DNA of 64,000 nucleotides, taken from Heptranchias perlo (lineage: Eukaryota). This document shows positions 23,686 to 36,900 of the stretch, piece after piece; the first letter of the stretch is position 1; each line of letters opens with the position of its first letter. The stretch lies in the NCBI RefSeq assembly GCF_035084215.1, contig NC_090357.1, forward strand, positions 19,096,001-19,160,000. Direction: 5' to 3'. The position numbers and the translations under genes are program-made. The notes below the pieces were generated by a model, which saw nothing but the letters and a program-made list of their open reading frames with translations, was not told the DNA's origin and searched no databases.

Positions 23686-24222
23686 CTGATGGAATAAAAT
23701 GCATTATCTGCCAATCAAACACATCTACCGAAAACATTGTAAATCGAATCACACGATGAAACACAGCAGATGACACAAATTTCACAGTATTTACACAGGA
23801 AGAAAACAAATCAAAGTATTGTAATAACAAAATGTGTTAGGCGAATTTGACCTGGTATTTATTTTAGCAGTATATAATTATTCTGTAACAAGACCGGTCA
23901 AACTGAACAATCTGGATTTCAGTGCCTGACCCTCTCAATTAACAGACAGTATAAACCCTCACTGCAAATGTTGAGCCAGAGCTCTACTTACTGGAGGATT
24001 TTTCTATCATTTTATTCTATTGAAACAGGAACCAGTCAAAGAAATGTCTGTATTAACATATTAACTAACTTTATTTTGGAACTGTTATTCTGAACACTGT
24101 TATTGATCAATTCTTCAGCTGTACTTCAGAATACTCCGCACTTGTTGTCAGTAACAGCTACTTGTTGCCAGTAAATTTAATTCAAGGATTGAATGTTAAA
24201 AGACTTTAATCAGATCACTTAC

Positions 24223-24280
24223 CTACTATACTCGTCCCTGGAAGTAGAAGTGCGATCAGCTGCGCTAACATGCTTCCCAT
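24223..24280 (-). CDS. IgSF receptor gene A, exon 1: leader MGSMLAQLIALLLPGTSIV(G)
   Basis: ATG in AAAATGG context, 58 nt (phase 1), donor AG|GTAAGT. Confidence 0.85.
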
Positions 24281-24464
24281 TTTACTGTTCATTATATTCC
24301 TTCCTTTCAGATATTATACTTTATTGAGCTCTAATCCTGATTTCATACTTGTTTAGTACATGAGGGTGTCTCCTCTCTATTATTTGTATTTATTCCTGTA
24401 AGGGACGAACTGTGATATAAATACAGACACGATTCCTCTCATGAACCAAGTTTAATGACAGGAG

Positions 24465-24555
24465 ATAGGAAATGTGTTTTTCTTTTTGACTTGTTAGTGG
24501 TTATGTTATGACGTAATGGAAATAGTAAAAAGTTACTCCCCATAGAAACCACTGA
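24465..24555 (-). promoter_or_regulatory. Candidate proximal promoter motifs of gene A
   Basis: ETS-like AGGAAA, CRE/C-EBP-like ATGACGTAAT (about 24508-24517) and RUNX-like AACCAC, 190-275 nt upstream of the ATG; motif match only. Confidence 0.25.
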
Positions 24556-24959
24556 TTTTGGCTAAAACAAATACATAATCAATAAATGAAAGGAACAATG
24601 AGCTGTTTTAGCATATTTTATATTCACCAATAATACAAGTAATGTTTCCATGTAATGAATATTTATTTGTGTATATTCATTTTACGTTTTTATGCATTAA
24701 TTTGTTTGACATTTATTTTGTGCAAAAGGCAATAATGAGGGGGTTGAATTTTTCGTCTGGGTTTATTTCAATGTAAAGAGAGGGACATTGTATAAAAAAG
24801 AGATGATAATTAAAACTCAAAAAACAATTATAAACCTAACCTCTTTCCTTTGGTGAAGGGAGGAAGGAAATGTTTATTCTTAGTGTGCTGATAGTTTATA
24901 GAATTCAACACGATGGAAATATGGAGGAGCTGCTGCAATTGCAGATAAAGCAACAACTT

Positions 24960-25700
24960 ACAGGTAGACAGTGATCGTGAGGCGCAGAGAGAAATGTCAA
25001 CGTGCTTTATAAGGGTGGATACTGAGTGGGAAAAGGGGAGTAGAGAAAAGATGATGAGAAATTGAAGGGATAATTGACCAGGAGGATTTTGAGAAGGTTT
25101 TCGAAATCAGGGAATGACAATGTGGAGGCAACTGGGTAGAAAGTTCCAGAGGGCAGAAGCATTGTGCTTGAATGAATCTCTTTAGATGGAGGAACAAAGG
25201 GAGCAAGGAGTGAGAAGTCTGAGCTCAAATGATCAGAGGATGAATGGAAGGATGAGAGTTTTGAAATTGGCATTTTGGGGTACAGAGCGTCAGTGGTACT
25301 TGGAGAATATGGGTGATGGAAGTGTGGGATTTGAGTGCGGTGAGGTCACAGGCTGCAGCATTTTGGATGAGTTGATTGGGCAGGTGGCTAAAAGGATGTT
25401 TGAGACATCAAACTTTGAACCTTGGACGAGGATTTCAGTGAGAGAGATAATGGTGGAAGCAGGCATGGTTGCAGAGATGGAAGAAAGCAGTTTTGGTAAT
25501 GAAGCAGATGTGGAGGAGGATACTGAACTTGGAGTGGAACAGGACACCGAGGTACCACACCTTCTGACTCAGGTTGAGATGGCATTTGAGAAGGTTGATG
25601 GATATGAGGCCCAAGAAATTGAAGGTGCTGACAGGATTTGAAGAGGGTGGCCTCAGTGTTGCTGCAATTCAGGAAAATTTGCTCATCCAGCACCATAGAC
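24960..25700 (-). mobile_element. Old L2-type LINE fragment
   Basis: Decayed post-RT sequence (NCSNTEATLF, VLFHSKFS-like frame), many stops. Confidence 0.55.
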
Positions 25701-25904
25701 ATTTACAGCTCAAGAGGCTACCATTGGGGCCATCATATCTCACTCTTCGCTAGAGCAATCCAAAATTAATTCCACTGCTCTGCTCGCGCTCTCCATAATT
25801 CTGCATCTTCCTCTGCATCATACCTTCAAAGAAGCAATGGTTTCTGCTTCAACTAATCTCGATAGCAAAACACTCCATTCTCCAACAATCAGAGCTCTGC
25901 ATAG

Positions 25905-26430
25905 CATGGCATTCATGTGTTGGATCAGTTGAGATTCTGGTAAATGGTAACCCCCAGGATGTTGATGGTGGGGGATTCAGTGATGGTAATGCCATTGAAT
26001 GTCAAAGTAAGGTGGAAATGCTCTCTCTTATTGGAAATGGTCATTGCTTGGCACTTATGTGGTACAAATGTTAGATTTGCCATGTATCAGCCCAAACCTG
26101 AATGTTGTCTGCATGTGGGCATAGACCTCTTCATTGTCTGAGGAATTGCAAATGGAACTGAGCACTGTGCAATCATCAGCAAACAACTCCACTTCTGACC
26201 TTATGATGGAGGGAAGTCATTGACGGAGTAGTTGAAAATAGTTGGGCCTACAATGCTGCCCTGAGGAGCTCCTGCAGTGATGTTCTGGGGCTAAGGTGAT
26301 TGACCTCCAACAACCACAACCATCTTCCTTGAACGAGGTATGACTCCATCCACTGGAGAGTTTACCCCCTGATCCCCATTGACATGACATCAGTTTTACT
26401 AAGGCTCCTTGGTGGCATACTTGGTCAAAT
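25905..26430 (-). mobile_element. LINE RT fragment (probably the same family as 21300-21820)
   Basis: FDQVCHQGALVKL and a PQGS-LGP-like segment in shifted frames. Confidence 0.65.
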
Positions 26431-26434
26431 GGTG

Positions 26435-26665
26435 CAGAGAGTTCTCCTGGTGTCCTGGACAAAATTCACCCCTCATCCAACACCAGCAAAACAGACGAAT
26501 TGATCATTTTTCTTATTTGTTGTTCGGGGACTTTGCTGTGCACAAATCGGCTGCTGCGTCTAAAAAACAAGTGACTGCACTTCAAAAGTAATTAATTGGC
26601 TGTGAAGCACTTTGGGAAGTCTTGAGGATGTTAAAAGTGCTGTATAAATGCAAGTTTAGTCTTTC
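26435..26665 (+). mobile_element. Deu-type SINE 3' half
   Basis: Reverse complement of 1600-1835 (GTGACTGCACTTCAAAAGTA..ATAAATGCAAGT). Confidence 0.7.
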
Positions 26666-27094
26666 CATAGTTAAATTTCCTTAAATGCTCCACTCATCCT
26701 CCAGCATTCCAGCCATTTCAGGCACTTACATGAAGCCATACAATGGCATGAACATGGAGGTCGGCTTAAGCATTACCATCTTTCCTCTCACACATTTTGA
26801 AATGGTTCTTTGAAGATTTTTATTGGCACTAAACACTAAACACGCCCTGTGCTCTCAGTTGTGGAATCGTGTGTGGGGCAGAAAAACCCGAGAAGGCTTG
26901 TGACAAAAGGTTCAGCAGCAATATAGGACAGAGACAGGGGAGGTCACATGGGCTACCTGCAACATGACTGCCCTTGCCACATCCTGCCTGCAAGCACTGG
27001 CAATGGTCTCGGAGCTAGCCACTGCCTTACCGTCTTTGCTGCATTAGGTATATGGCTTGGGGACATTTCTGAGGGTAGAAAATTGGCAAAATAA

Positions 27095-30000
27095 AGAACA
27101 TAGAAACATAGAAAATAGGTGCAAGAGTAGGCCATTCGGGCCTGCTCCGCCATTCAAAATGATCATGGCTGATTGTCTAACTCAGTACCCTGTTCCTGCT
27201 TTTTCCCCATATCCCTTGATCCCTTGAGCATGAAGAAATATATCAATCTCCTTCTTGAATATATTTAATGACTTGGCCTCCACTGCCTTCTGTGGTAGAG
27301 AATTCCATAGGTGCACCACCGTCTGAGTGAAGAAATTTCTCCTCATCTTGGTTCTAAATGGCATACCCCATATCCTGAGACTATGACCCCTGGTTCTGGA
27401 CTCCCCAGCCATCGGGAACATCCTCCCTGCATCTAGTCTGTCTAGTCCTGTTAGAATTTTATATGTTTCGATGAGATCGCCTCTCATTCTTCTAAACTCT
27501 AGTGAATATAGGCCTAGTCGACCCAATCTCTCCTCATGCGTCAGTCCTGCCATCCCAGGAATCAGTCTGGTAAACCTTCGTTGCACTCCCTCCATGGCAA
27601 GGACATCCTTCCTCAGATAAGGAGACCAAAATTGCACACAATACTCCAGATGTGGTCTCACCAAGGCCCCGTACAACTGCAGTAAGACATCCCTGCTCCT
27701 GTACTCAAATCCTGTTGCAATCAAGGCCAACATACCATTCACCTTCCTAACTGCTTGCTGCACCTGAATGCCTGCTTTCAGCGACTGGTGTACAAGGACA
27801 CCCAGTTCTCGTTGCACCTCCCCTTTTCCCAATCTATCACCATTCACATAATAATCTGCCTTTCTGTTTTTACAACCAAAGTGGATAACCTCACATTTAT
27901 CCTCGTTATACTGCATCTGCCATGTTCTTGCCCATTCACCCAACTTGTCTAAATCATATTGGAGCCTCTTTGCATCCTCCTCACAACTCACATTCCACCC
28001 CAGCTTTGTGTTGTCTCCAAACTTGGAAATGTTACATTTAGTTCCCTCATCCAAATCATTGATCTATATTTTGAATAGCTGGGGCCAAAGCACTGATCCC
28101 TGTGGTACCCACTAGTCATTGCCTGCCACCCGGAAAAAGACCCGTTTATTCCTACTCTCTGTTTCCTGTCTCTCAACCAATTCTCAATCCATGCCAGTAT
28201 ATTCCCCCCAATCCCATGTGCTTTAATTTTGCACACTAACCTCTTGTGTGGGACCTTATCAAAAGCCTTCTGAAAATCCAAATACACCACATCCACTGAT
28301 TCTCTCCTATCTATTCTACTAGTTACATCCTCAAAAAACTCCTGTAGATTTGTTAAGCATGATTTCCCTTTCATAAATCCATGCTGACTTTGTCCAATCC
28401 TGTTAATACCCTCCAAGTGTTCTGTTATCACATCTTTTATAATAGACTTTAGCATTTTCCCCACTACTGGTGTTAGGCTAACTGGTCTGTAATTTACTGT
28501 TTTTTCTTCCCCTCCTTTTTTAAATAGTGGGGTTACATTTGCCACCCTCCAATCTGTAGGAACTGTTCCAGAGTCTATAGAATTTTGGAAGATGATCACC
28601 AATGCATCCACTATTTCCAGGGCCACTTCCTTTAGTACTCTGGGATATAGATTATCAGGCCCTGGGAATTTGTCAACCTTTAGCCCCATTTATTTCCCTA
28701 GCACTATTTTTTTACTAATACTGGTTTCCTTCAGTTCCTCCCTCTCACTAGACCCTTGGTTCCCTAACATTTCTGGGAGGATACTTATGTCCTCCTTTGT
28801 GAAGACAGAACCAAAGTATGTGTTTAATTGTTCTGCCATTTCTTTGTTCCTCATTATAATTTCCCCCATTTCTGACTGTAAGGGACTTACATTTGTCTTC
28901 ACTAATCTTTTTCTCTTGACATATTTTTGAAGCTTTTACAGTCAGTTTTTATGTTCCCTGCTAGTTTACTCTCATACCCTATTTTTCACCTCTTAATTAA
29001 TCTCTTTGTCCTCCTTTGCTGAATTCTAAACTGCCCCCAATACTGAGGCTTGCCGCTTTTTCTGGCAATTTTATATGTCTCCTCTTTGGATCTAATACTA
29101 TCCCTAATTTCTTTTGTAAGCCACGATTGAGCCATCTCTCTGGTTTTATTTTTGCCCCAGACAGGAATGAATATTTGTTGTAATTCCTGCACACGTTCTT
29201 TAAATATTAGCCATTGCCTATCCACCGTCATCCCTTTTAGTAAAGTTCCCCAATCTATCATAACCTACTCGCACCTCAAAGTTTCGTAATTTCCTTTATT
29301 TAGATTCAGGACCCTAGTTTCGGATTCAAATACTTCACTCTTCATCTTAATGAGTAATTCCATCACGTTGTGGTCGCTCTTCCCTCAGGGACCCCGCACA
29401 GCAAGATCGTTAATTAACTCTTTCTCATTTCACAATACCCAGTCTAGGATTGCCTGTTCTCTAGTTTCTTCCTCAACGTATTGGTCTCGAAAATCATCAC
29501 GTACACACTCCAGGAATTCCTCCCCCACAGTATTATTGCTAATTTGGTTTGACCAATCTCTCTGTAGATTAAAGTCACCCATGATGCTAGTTGTACCCTT
29601 CTTGCATGCATCTCTAATTTCCTGTTTAATGCCCTCCCCTACATCTCCACTACTGTTTGGGGGCCTATAGACAACCCCACCAACGTTTTCTGCCCCTTGG
29701 TGTTTCTTAGCTCCACCCATACAGATTCCACATCATGATTTTCCGAGCCAATATCCTTCCTCACTATTGCATTGATTTCCTCCTTTACTAACAATGCTAT
29801 CCAACTTCCTTTCCCTTTTTGCCTGTCCTTCCTAAATATTGAATACTCCTGGATGTTCAGTTCCCATCCTTGGTCACCCTGCAGCCAATTCTCCGTAATT
29901 GCATTTACATCATAACCGTTAATATCTATCTGCGCTGTTAATTCATTTAGCTTATTGAGAATGCTCCGCGCATTAAGACACAATGCCTTTAGACTTGTCT

Positions 30001-31590
30001 TTTTAAGATTGCTAATCATGTTAGTTTTATTTTGCACTATGGCTCCATTTGTTTTTCACCCTTATTTTATCTGCCTTCCACTATTGCTTCTTCCCCTTCT
30101 GACTTTTGTTTCTATCCTTGTTTCCCCCTCTTCTGTCTCCCTGCTCAGGTTCCCATCCCCCTGCCATTCTAGTTTAAACCTTCCCCAACAGCACTAGCAA
30201 ACACCCCCATGAGGACATCGGTCCCGGTCCTGTTTGAGTGTAACCCATCACGCTTGTACAGGTCCCACCTTCCCCAGAACCGGTCTCAATGTCCCAGGAA
30301 TCTAAATCCCTCCCTCCTACACCATCCCTGCAGCCACGCATTCATCTGGTCTATTATCCTGTTCCTGTACTCACTAGCACATGGCACTGGTCGTAATCCT
30401 GAGATCACTACCTTAGAGGTCCTGCTTTTTAATTTATCTCCCAACTCCTTAAATTCACCTTGCAGGACTTCATCCCTTTTTTTTTTACCTATGTCGTTGG
30501 TACCAATATGGACCATGACTACTGGCTGTTCACCCTCCCACTCCAGAATGCCCTGCAGCTGCTCCGTGACATCCTTGATCCTAGCACCAGGGGGGGGCAA
30601 CATACCATCCTGGAGTCACATTTGCGGCTGCAGAAATGCCTATTTGTTCCCCTTACAATTGAATCCCCTATCACTATAGCCTTGCCACTCTTATTCTTCC
30701 CCTCCTGTGCAGCAGAGCCACCCGTGGTGCCATGAGCTTAGCTCTTGCTGCTTTCCCCTGATAAGTCATCTCCCCCAACAGTATCCAAAGCGGTATATGT
30801 GTTTGAGAGGGAAATGGCCCCTGGGGACCCCTGAACTACCGGCCTAGTCCTTTTACTCTTCCTGGCGGTCACCCATTTCTTTTCTGCCTTCGTAATCTTT
30901 ACCTGCGGTGTGACCACCTCACTGAACGTGCAATCCACGATAATCTCAGCATCGCGGATGCTCCACAGTGAATCCACCCGCAGCTCCAGCTCCGAAATAC
31001 GATTCGTCAGTAGCTGCAGATGGACACACTTCCTGTACACTTCGTCGCCAGGGACACCTGTAGTGTCTATGGCTTCCCACATAGCACAGGAGGAGCATAT
31101 CACGGGTGCGAGCTCTGCTGCCATGACTTGCCTTAGATTAAGCTCATTAGTTACTCCCTTTAAGGAGTTTCCTCCTTTAAATTACTCTTAATTTAGAGAA
31201 TGTTAACTACACTAGGGACCTTGATTCACTAAAAAACTCTACTTGCTATAAGACCTGCAGACCTTCCCTTTCTTTTTACTTAAGTTGCTGCAGTTTAGAA
31301 TAGTAGAAATACTCACCTGAACCTACTTACCAATCAGCTGCCTCCCCTGCGTCGCGTCACTTTTTCACTGGTGACTTCACCTCTGGAACTCCGCCGCTGA
31401 TCCCAGTTTATCCGCCTCCGATCTCGCTTAGCTCAGCTCTCCCGCTCTCGGGCCCTCCTTTATCCGCCTCCGATCTCGCTTAGCTCAGCTCTCCCGCTCT
31501 CGGGCCCTCCTTTATCCGCCTCCGATCTCGCTTAGCTCAGCTCTCCCGCTCTCGGGCCCTCCTTTATCCACCTCCGATCTCGCTTAGCTC
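27095..31590 (-). mobile_element. Full-length, inactivated CR1 LINE (ORF1 zinc finger + esterase, ORF2 EN-RT)
   Basis: ORF1 start MAAELAPVICSSCAMWE at 31124, esterase motifs, EN and RT fragments, 3' tail, 5' tandem repeats. Confidence 0.95.
31407..31590 (-). repeat. 52-bp tandem repeat (3.5 copies) at the CR1 5' end
   Basis: Unit starts at 31407, 31459, 31511 and 31563. Confidence 0.95.
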
Positions 31591-31989
31591 CATCATATCC
31601 TCCAACGTACCTCTCCATAGTATACATTCTCAAATTATGTTACAACTTTTAGAATGAAAGTACAGTGTATGTTATTTTCTAAGAGTAATCATGGAATAGT
31701 CTTTGGAAGGCTGTATTTTCAGGCATTATATTGTCTGAGACCTCAGCTATGCATCACTGTACATATATCTGTATCCTGCACACTGTCCAAGTGTGGTAAA
31801 AAGGGAGAGAGAGAGGTGAGAGGAGGAAGGGTAGAGTCATAGTGACCACAAACATAAAGTGTATGACAAGATTTAGTTTGAATGGGCAAGATTTTTACAG
31901 AGATAACAGCCACTGGAAACATTATTAATGAACTACAGTAATATTGTTAGAAATGTTGAAGCCGTACTGATTTTAACTGGCACATTTTA

Positions 31990-33935
31990 TAGAATCATAC
32001 AGTGCAGAAGGAGACCATTTAGCCTGTTTTGCCTGTGCCGGCTCTTTGAAAGTTATCTAATTAGTTCCACTCCCCTTCTCTTTCCCCGTAGCCCTGCAAT
32101 TCTTCCTTTTCAAGTGTATATCCAATTCCCTTTTGAAAGTTACTATTGAATTTGCTTCCACCACGCTTTCAGACAGTGCATTCCACACCATAACAACTTG
32201 CTGCGTAAAAAATTCTCCTTATCTCCCCCCTAGTTCTTTTTGCCAATTACCGTAAATCTGTGTGCTCTGGTTACTGATTCTCCTGCCACTGGAAAAAGTT
32301 TCTCCCTATCTACACTATCAAAACCTCATATAAATTTGAACACCTCTATTAAATCTCCCTCCTAAAGAGAACAACCCCAGCTTCTCCAGTCTCTCCATAT
32401 AACTGAAGTCCCTCATCCCTGGCACCATTCTAGTAAATCTCTTCTGCACCCTCTCTAAGGCCTTGACATCTTTCTTGAAGTGTGATACCCAGAATGGAAC
32501 ACAATATTCCAGCTCAAGCCTAACCAGTGTTTTATAAAAGTTAAGCATAGCTTCCTTGCGTTTGTACTCTATGCCTCTATTAATAAAGCCCATGTTCCCA
32601 TATGCTTTTTTTAAACAGCCTTCTCAACTTATCCTGCCACCTTCAAAGATTTGTGTATGTGCACCCCCAGGTCTCTCTGTTCCTGCACCCCCTTAAAAAT
32701 TGTACCATTTAGTTTATATTGCCTCTCCTCATTCTTTCTACCAAAATGCATCATTTCACATTTCTGTGTTAAATTTCATCTGCCGTGTGTCTGCCCATTT
32801 CACCAGTCTGTCTCTGTCCTCCTGAAGTCTGTTACGATCCTTCACATTGGTTGCTACATTTCCGAGATTCAGTTCATTTGCAATCTTTAAAATTATACCC
32901 TTTATACCCAAGTCCAGGTCATAGAAACATAGAAACATAGAAAATAGGAGCAGGAGTAGGCCATTCGGCCCTTCGAGCCTGCTCCGTATTTCAATATGAT
33001 CGTGGCTGATCCTCTATCTCAATACCATATTCCCACTCGCTCCCCATACCCATTGATGCCTTTTGTATCCAGAAATCTATCTAGCTCCTTCTTAAGTATA
33101 TTCAGTGACTTGGCCTCCACAGCATTCTGTGGTAGAGAATTCCACAGGTTCACCATCCTCTGAGTGAAGAAATTTCTCCTCATCTCAGTCCTAAATGTCC
33201 TAACCCTTATCCTGAGACTGTGACCCATAGTTCTGGACCCCCCAGCTAGGGGAAACATCCTCCCTGCATCCAGGTCATTAATATATATCAAAAAGAGCAT
33301 TGATCCTAATACTGACCCCTGGGGAACACCACAGTGTACTTCGCTCCAGTCTGAAAAACAACCATTCACCACTACTCTCTGTTTTCTGTCCCCTAGCCAA
33401 TTTTGTATCCGTGCTGCCACTGTCCCTTTAATCCCACGGGCTTTAATTTTGCTAACAAGTCTATTATGTGATACTTTATCAAATGCCTTTTGAAAGTCCA
33501 TATACACATCAACCGCACTACCCTCATCAACCCTCTCCATTACTTCATCAAAGAACTCAATCAAATTGGTCAAGCACAATTTTCCTTTACAAATCCGTAC
33601 TGACTTTCATTTATTAGCCCATACTTTTCCAAGTGCCAATTAATTTTGTCCCGGATTATTGTCTCTAAAAGTTTCCCCACCACTGACTGGCCTGCATTTG
33701 TTGGGTTTATCTCTCTCCCCTTTGTTGAACAGGGGTGTAACATTTGCAATCAACTGATCCTCTGGCACCATCCTCCTATCTGAGGAGGATTGGAAGATTG
33801 TGGCCAGAGTCTCCGCAATTTCCATCCATACTTCCCTCAGTAACCTAGAATGCATCCTGTCTGGACTGGGTGACTTTTCTACTTTGAATACTGCCAATAT
33901 TTTAACTGCTTCCTCCTTTATTTATTTTTATCCTG
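31990..33935 (-). mobile_element. CR1 LINE 3' half containing a nested CR1 3' end (32923-33268)
   Basis: RT fragments; nested piece flanked by TCCAGGTCAT at 32913-32922 and 33269-33278. Confidence 0.9.
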
Positions 33936-33939
33936 ATAG

Positions 33940-36900
33940 CTTGAGCACAGAGGTTAGGAAAGTCAGAGAGTGAACCTCTAACAGAGTGAACCTCTAACAG
34001 AGTGAACCGCTAACAGAGTGAGGACATTCAACCCGGAATTTGGTGAGTGTGGGAATTAGGTGCAGAGGGGGAAGGAGGTGCTAAGCGATTTAAACCAAAG
34101 AGATTTAAACCAAACCACTGTACTAAGACTGAGTGGAGCATAAAGGGATCCGCACGAGGAATCAAAATATGGCAAAGAGGAGCTCCGAGGGTAAGTCAGT
34201 AAGTATTTAGTTCATTGGTTAGTGTTTTTTAGCAGTTGGTTAGTGTTTTTTAGTGGTTAGTGTTTTAGTGTCAGACAAAGAGTAAAGTGCCTTAAAGGTA
34301 AACAAACAGTTTAAATAACTGTTAGCTAACATGGCAGGACAGTTGGAGCCTGTCGCATGCACATTCTGTGCCATGTGGGATCTCTGTGCGTGCTGGAAAA
34401 CCACATATGCAGGAAGTGCCACCAACTGCTCGAGCTTGAGCTCAGAGATTCTGAGCTTGAAGGGCGGCTGATGTTACTACAGTGCAGCTGGTGTTTCAGG
34501 AGGTGGTCAACACGCAGCTATCGAGAGTTCAGGCGGGGAGGGAGCGGGTGACCACCAGACAGACTAGGAGGAACAGGCAGGCAGTGCAGGAGTCCCCTGG
34601 GAGTGTGGTACTCACAAACCGGTATTCAGTGTTGAATATTAGTGAGGGTCTTGACACCTTGGGGGAGTGCAGTCAGGAGCAAATCCACGACGCTGTGGGA
34701 GACTCGGCTGCACAGGGGGAAAAAGAAATGCAGTTGTTGTAGGGGATTCGATAGTCAGGGGGATAGACAGGCATTTCGGCAACCACCGAACTGAGTCCTG
34801 CATGGTGTGTTGCCTCCCTGGTGGCAGGGTAATGGACATCACTGAGAGGGTGCAGAACATTTTGAGGGGGGAAGAGGAATAGCCAGAAGTCGTGGTCCAC
34901 ATGGGAACCAATGACATGGGAAGGAAAAGGGTCGAGTTCCTGCAGTCAGAGTTTCAGGAGCTAGGGAGGATGTTAAAAAGCAGGACCTCAAAGGTAGTAA
35001 TCTCTGGATTACTCCCACTGCCACGTGCTATTGAGTAGGAATAGTAGGATAAGACAGGTTAATGTGTGGCTGGAGCAATGGTACAGATGGGAGGGCTTCA
35101 GATTCCTGGGGCATTGGGACCAGTTCTGGGGCAGGAGGGATCTGTTCAAGATGGACGGGTTGCACTTCAACAGAGTTGGGACCAATGTCCTCACAGGGAG
35201 GTTAACTAGTGCTGTGGGGGAGGGTTTAAACTAATTTGGAAGAGGGAAGGGCACCAGGATGAAACATTAGAGAGGAAAAACACGGTGCACTGAGGACTGG
35301 GAGCGACAAGTAGCACTAGAGTAAAGAATAGTTCAGAAATAGCAGGGAGCAGACAGGGGGCAAATGTGAGGCAATCTAGGATGAGTTTAGAGTGCATGTG
35401 TGTAAACGCACGTAGCATGGTAAGTAAGGTTGGTGAGCTGAAAGCTCAAGTCGCCACACGGGACTATGATATAGTGGCAATAATAGAGACCTGGCTCAAA
35501 GAAGGGGAGGATTGGGTACTCCTGGCTACAAGGTATTCAGGAAAGTTAGGGAAAGAAAGAAAGGAGGGAGGGTGGCAGTATTGATCAAAGAAACTATTAT
35601 AGCACCGGAAAGGGATGAGGTAGTTGAGAGGTCAAAGACAAGATCTATTTGGTTAGAATTAAGGAACAATAGAGGAGCTATTACGCTACTGGGTGTATAC
35701 TATAGGCCACCAAATAGTGGGAAGGAGGTAGAGGAGCAAATTTGCAGGCATATTACAGAAAGATGCAAGAACTATAGAGCAGTGATAATGGGGGACTTCA
35801 ATTATCTCAATATAGACTGGGACAGTATCAGTGTAATGGGCAAAGAGGGGGAGGAATCCCTGAAATGTGATTAAGAGAACTTTCTGGAACAGTGTATTTC
35901 CAGCCCAACCAGGAAGGAAACAGTGCTGAATCTAGTTCTTGGGAATGACATGGGGCAGGTGGAGCATGTGATCATATCATTAGGTTTAGAATAGTTATGG
36001 AAAAGGACAAGGAACAATCAAATGTGAAAATGCTTAACTGAAGGAGGGCAAATTTCAGTGAGTTAAAAAGGGATCTTTCCCAAGTGGATTGGAATCAAAA
36101 ATTCTTAGGCAAAACAGTAGTTGAACAATGGGAGGCCTTCAAGAAGGAGTTGGTTCGGGTACAGAGTAGACACATCCCTACAAGGGGGAAAGGAAGGGCA
36201 TCCAAAGCTAGAGCTCCCTGGATGACTAAAGATATAGAGATTAAAATGAAACCATAAAAGGGGGCTTATGATGAATATAAGGTTCATAATATAGTAGAGA
36301 ACCAGGCTGAATACAGAAAATAAAGAGGAGATCTAAAAAGGGGAATAAGAGGGGCAAAGTGAGAGTATGAGATTAAATTAGTGGCTAACATAAAAGTGAA
36401 CCCAAAAATCTTTTATAAACATATAAATAGTAAAAGGGTAGTTAAAGGAAGGGTGGGACCGATTAGGGACAAAAAAGGAGATCTTCTTGTGGAGGCGGAG
36501 GGCAAGGCTGAGGTGCTAAATGAATACTTTGCATCCATCTTCACTAGAGAAGAGGACGCTGCCATTGTAGCAGTAAAGGAGGAGGTAGTAGCGATATCGG
36601 ATAGGATTAAAAATAGATAAAGAGGAGGTACTTAAAAGATTAGCAGTACTCAAAGTAGAAAAGTCACCCGGTCCAGATGGGCTTCATTCTAGGTTACTAG
36701 GGAAGTAAGGGTGGAAATTGCGGAGGCTCTGGCCACAATCATCCAATCCTCCTTAGATATGGGGATGGTGCCGGAACACTGGAGGATTGTAAATGTTACA
36801 TCCCTGTTCAAAAAAGGGGAGGGGGATAAACCCAGCAGTGACAGGCCAGTCAACCTAACGTCGGTGGTGGGGAGTCTTTTAGAGACATTAATCCTGGACA

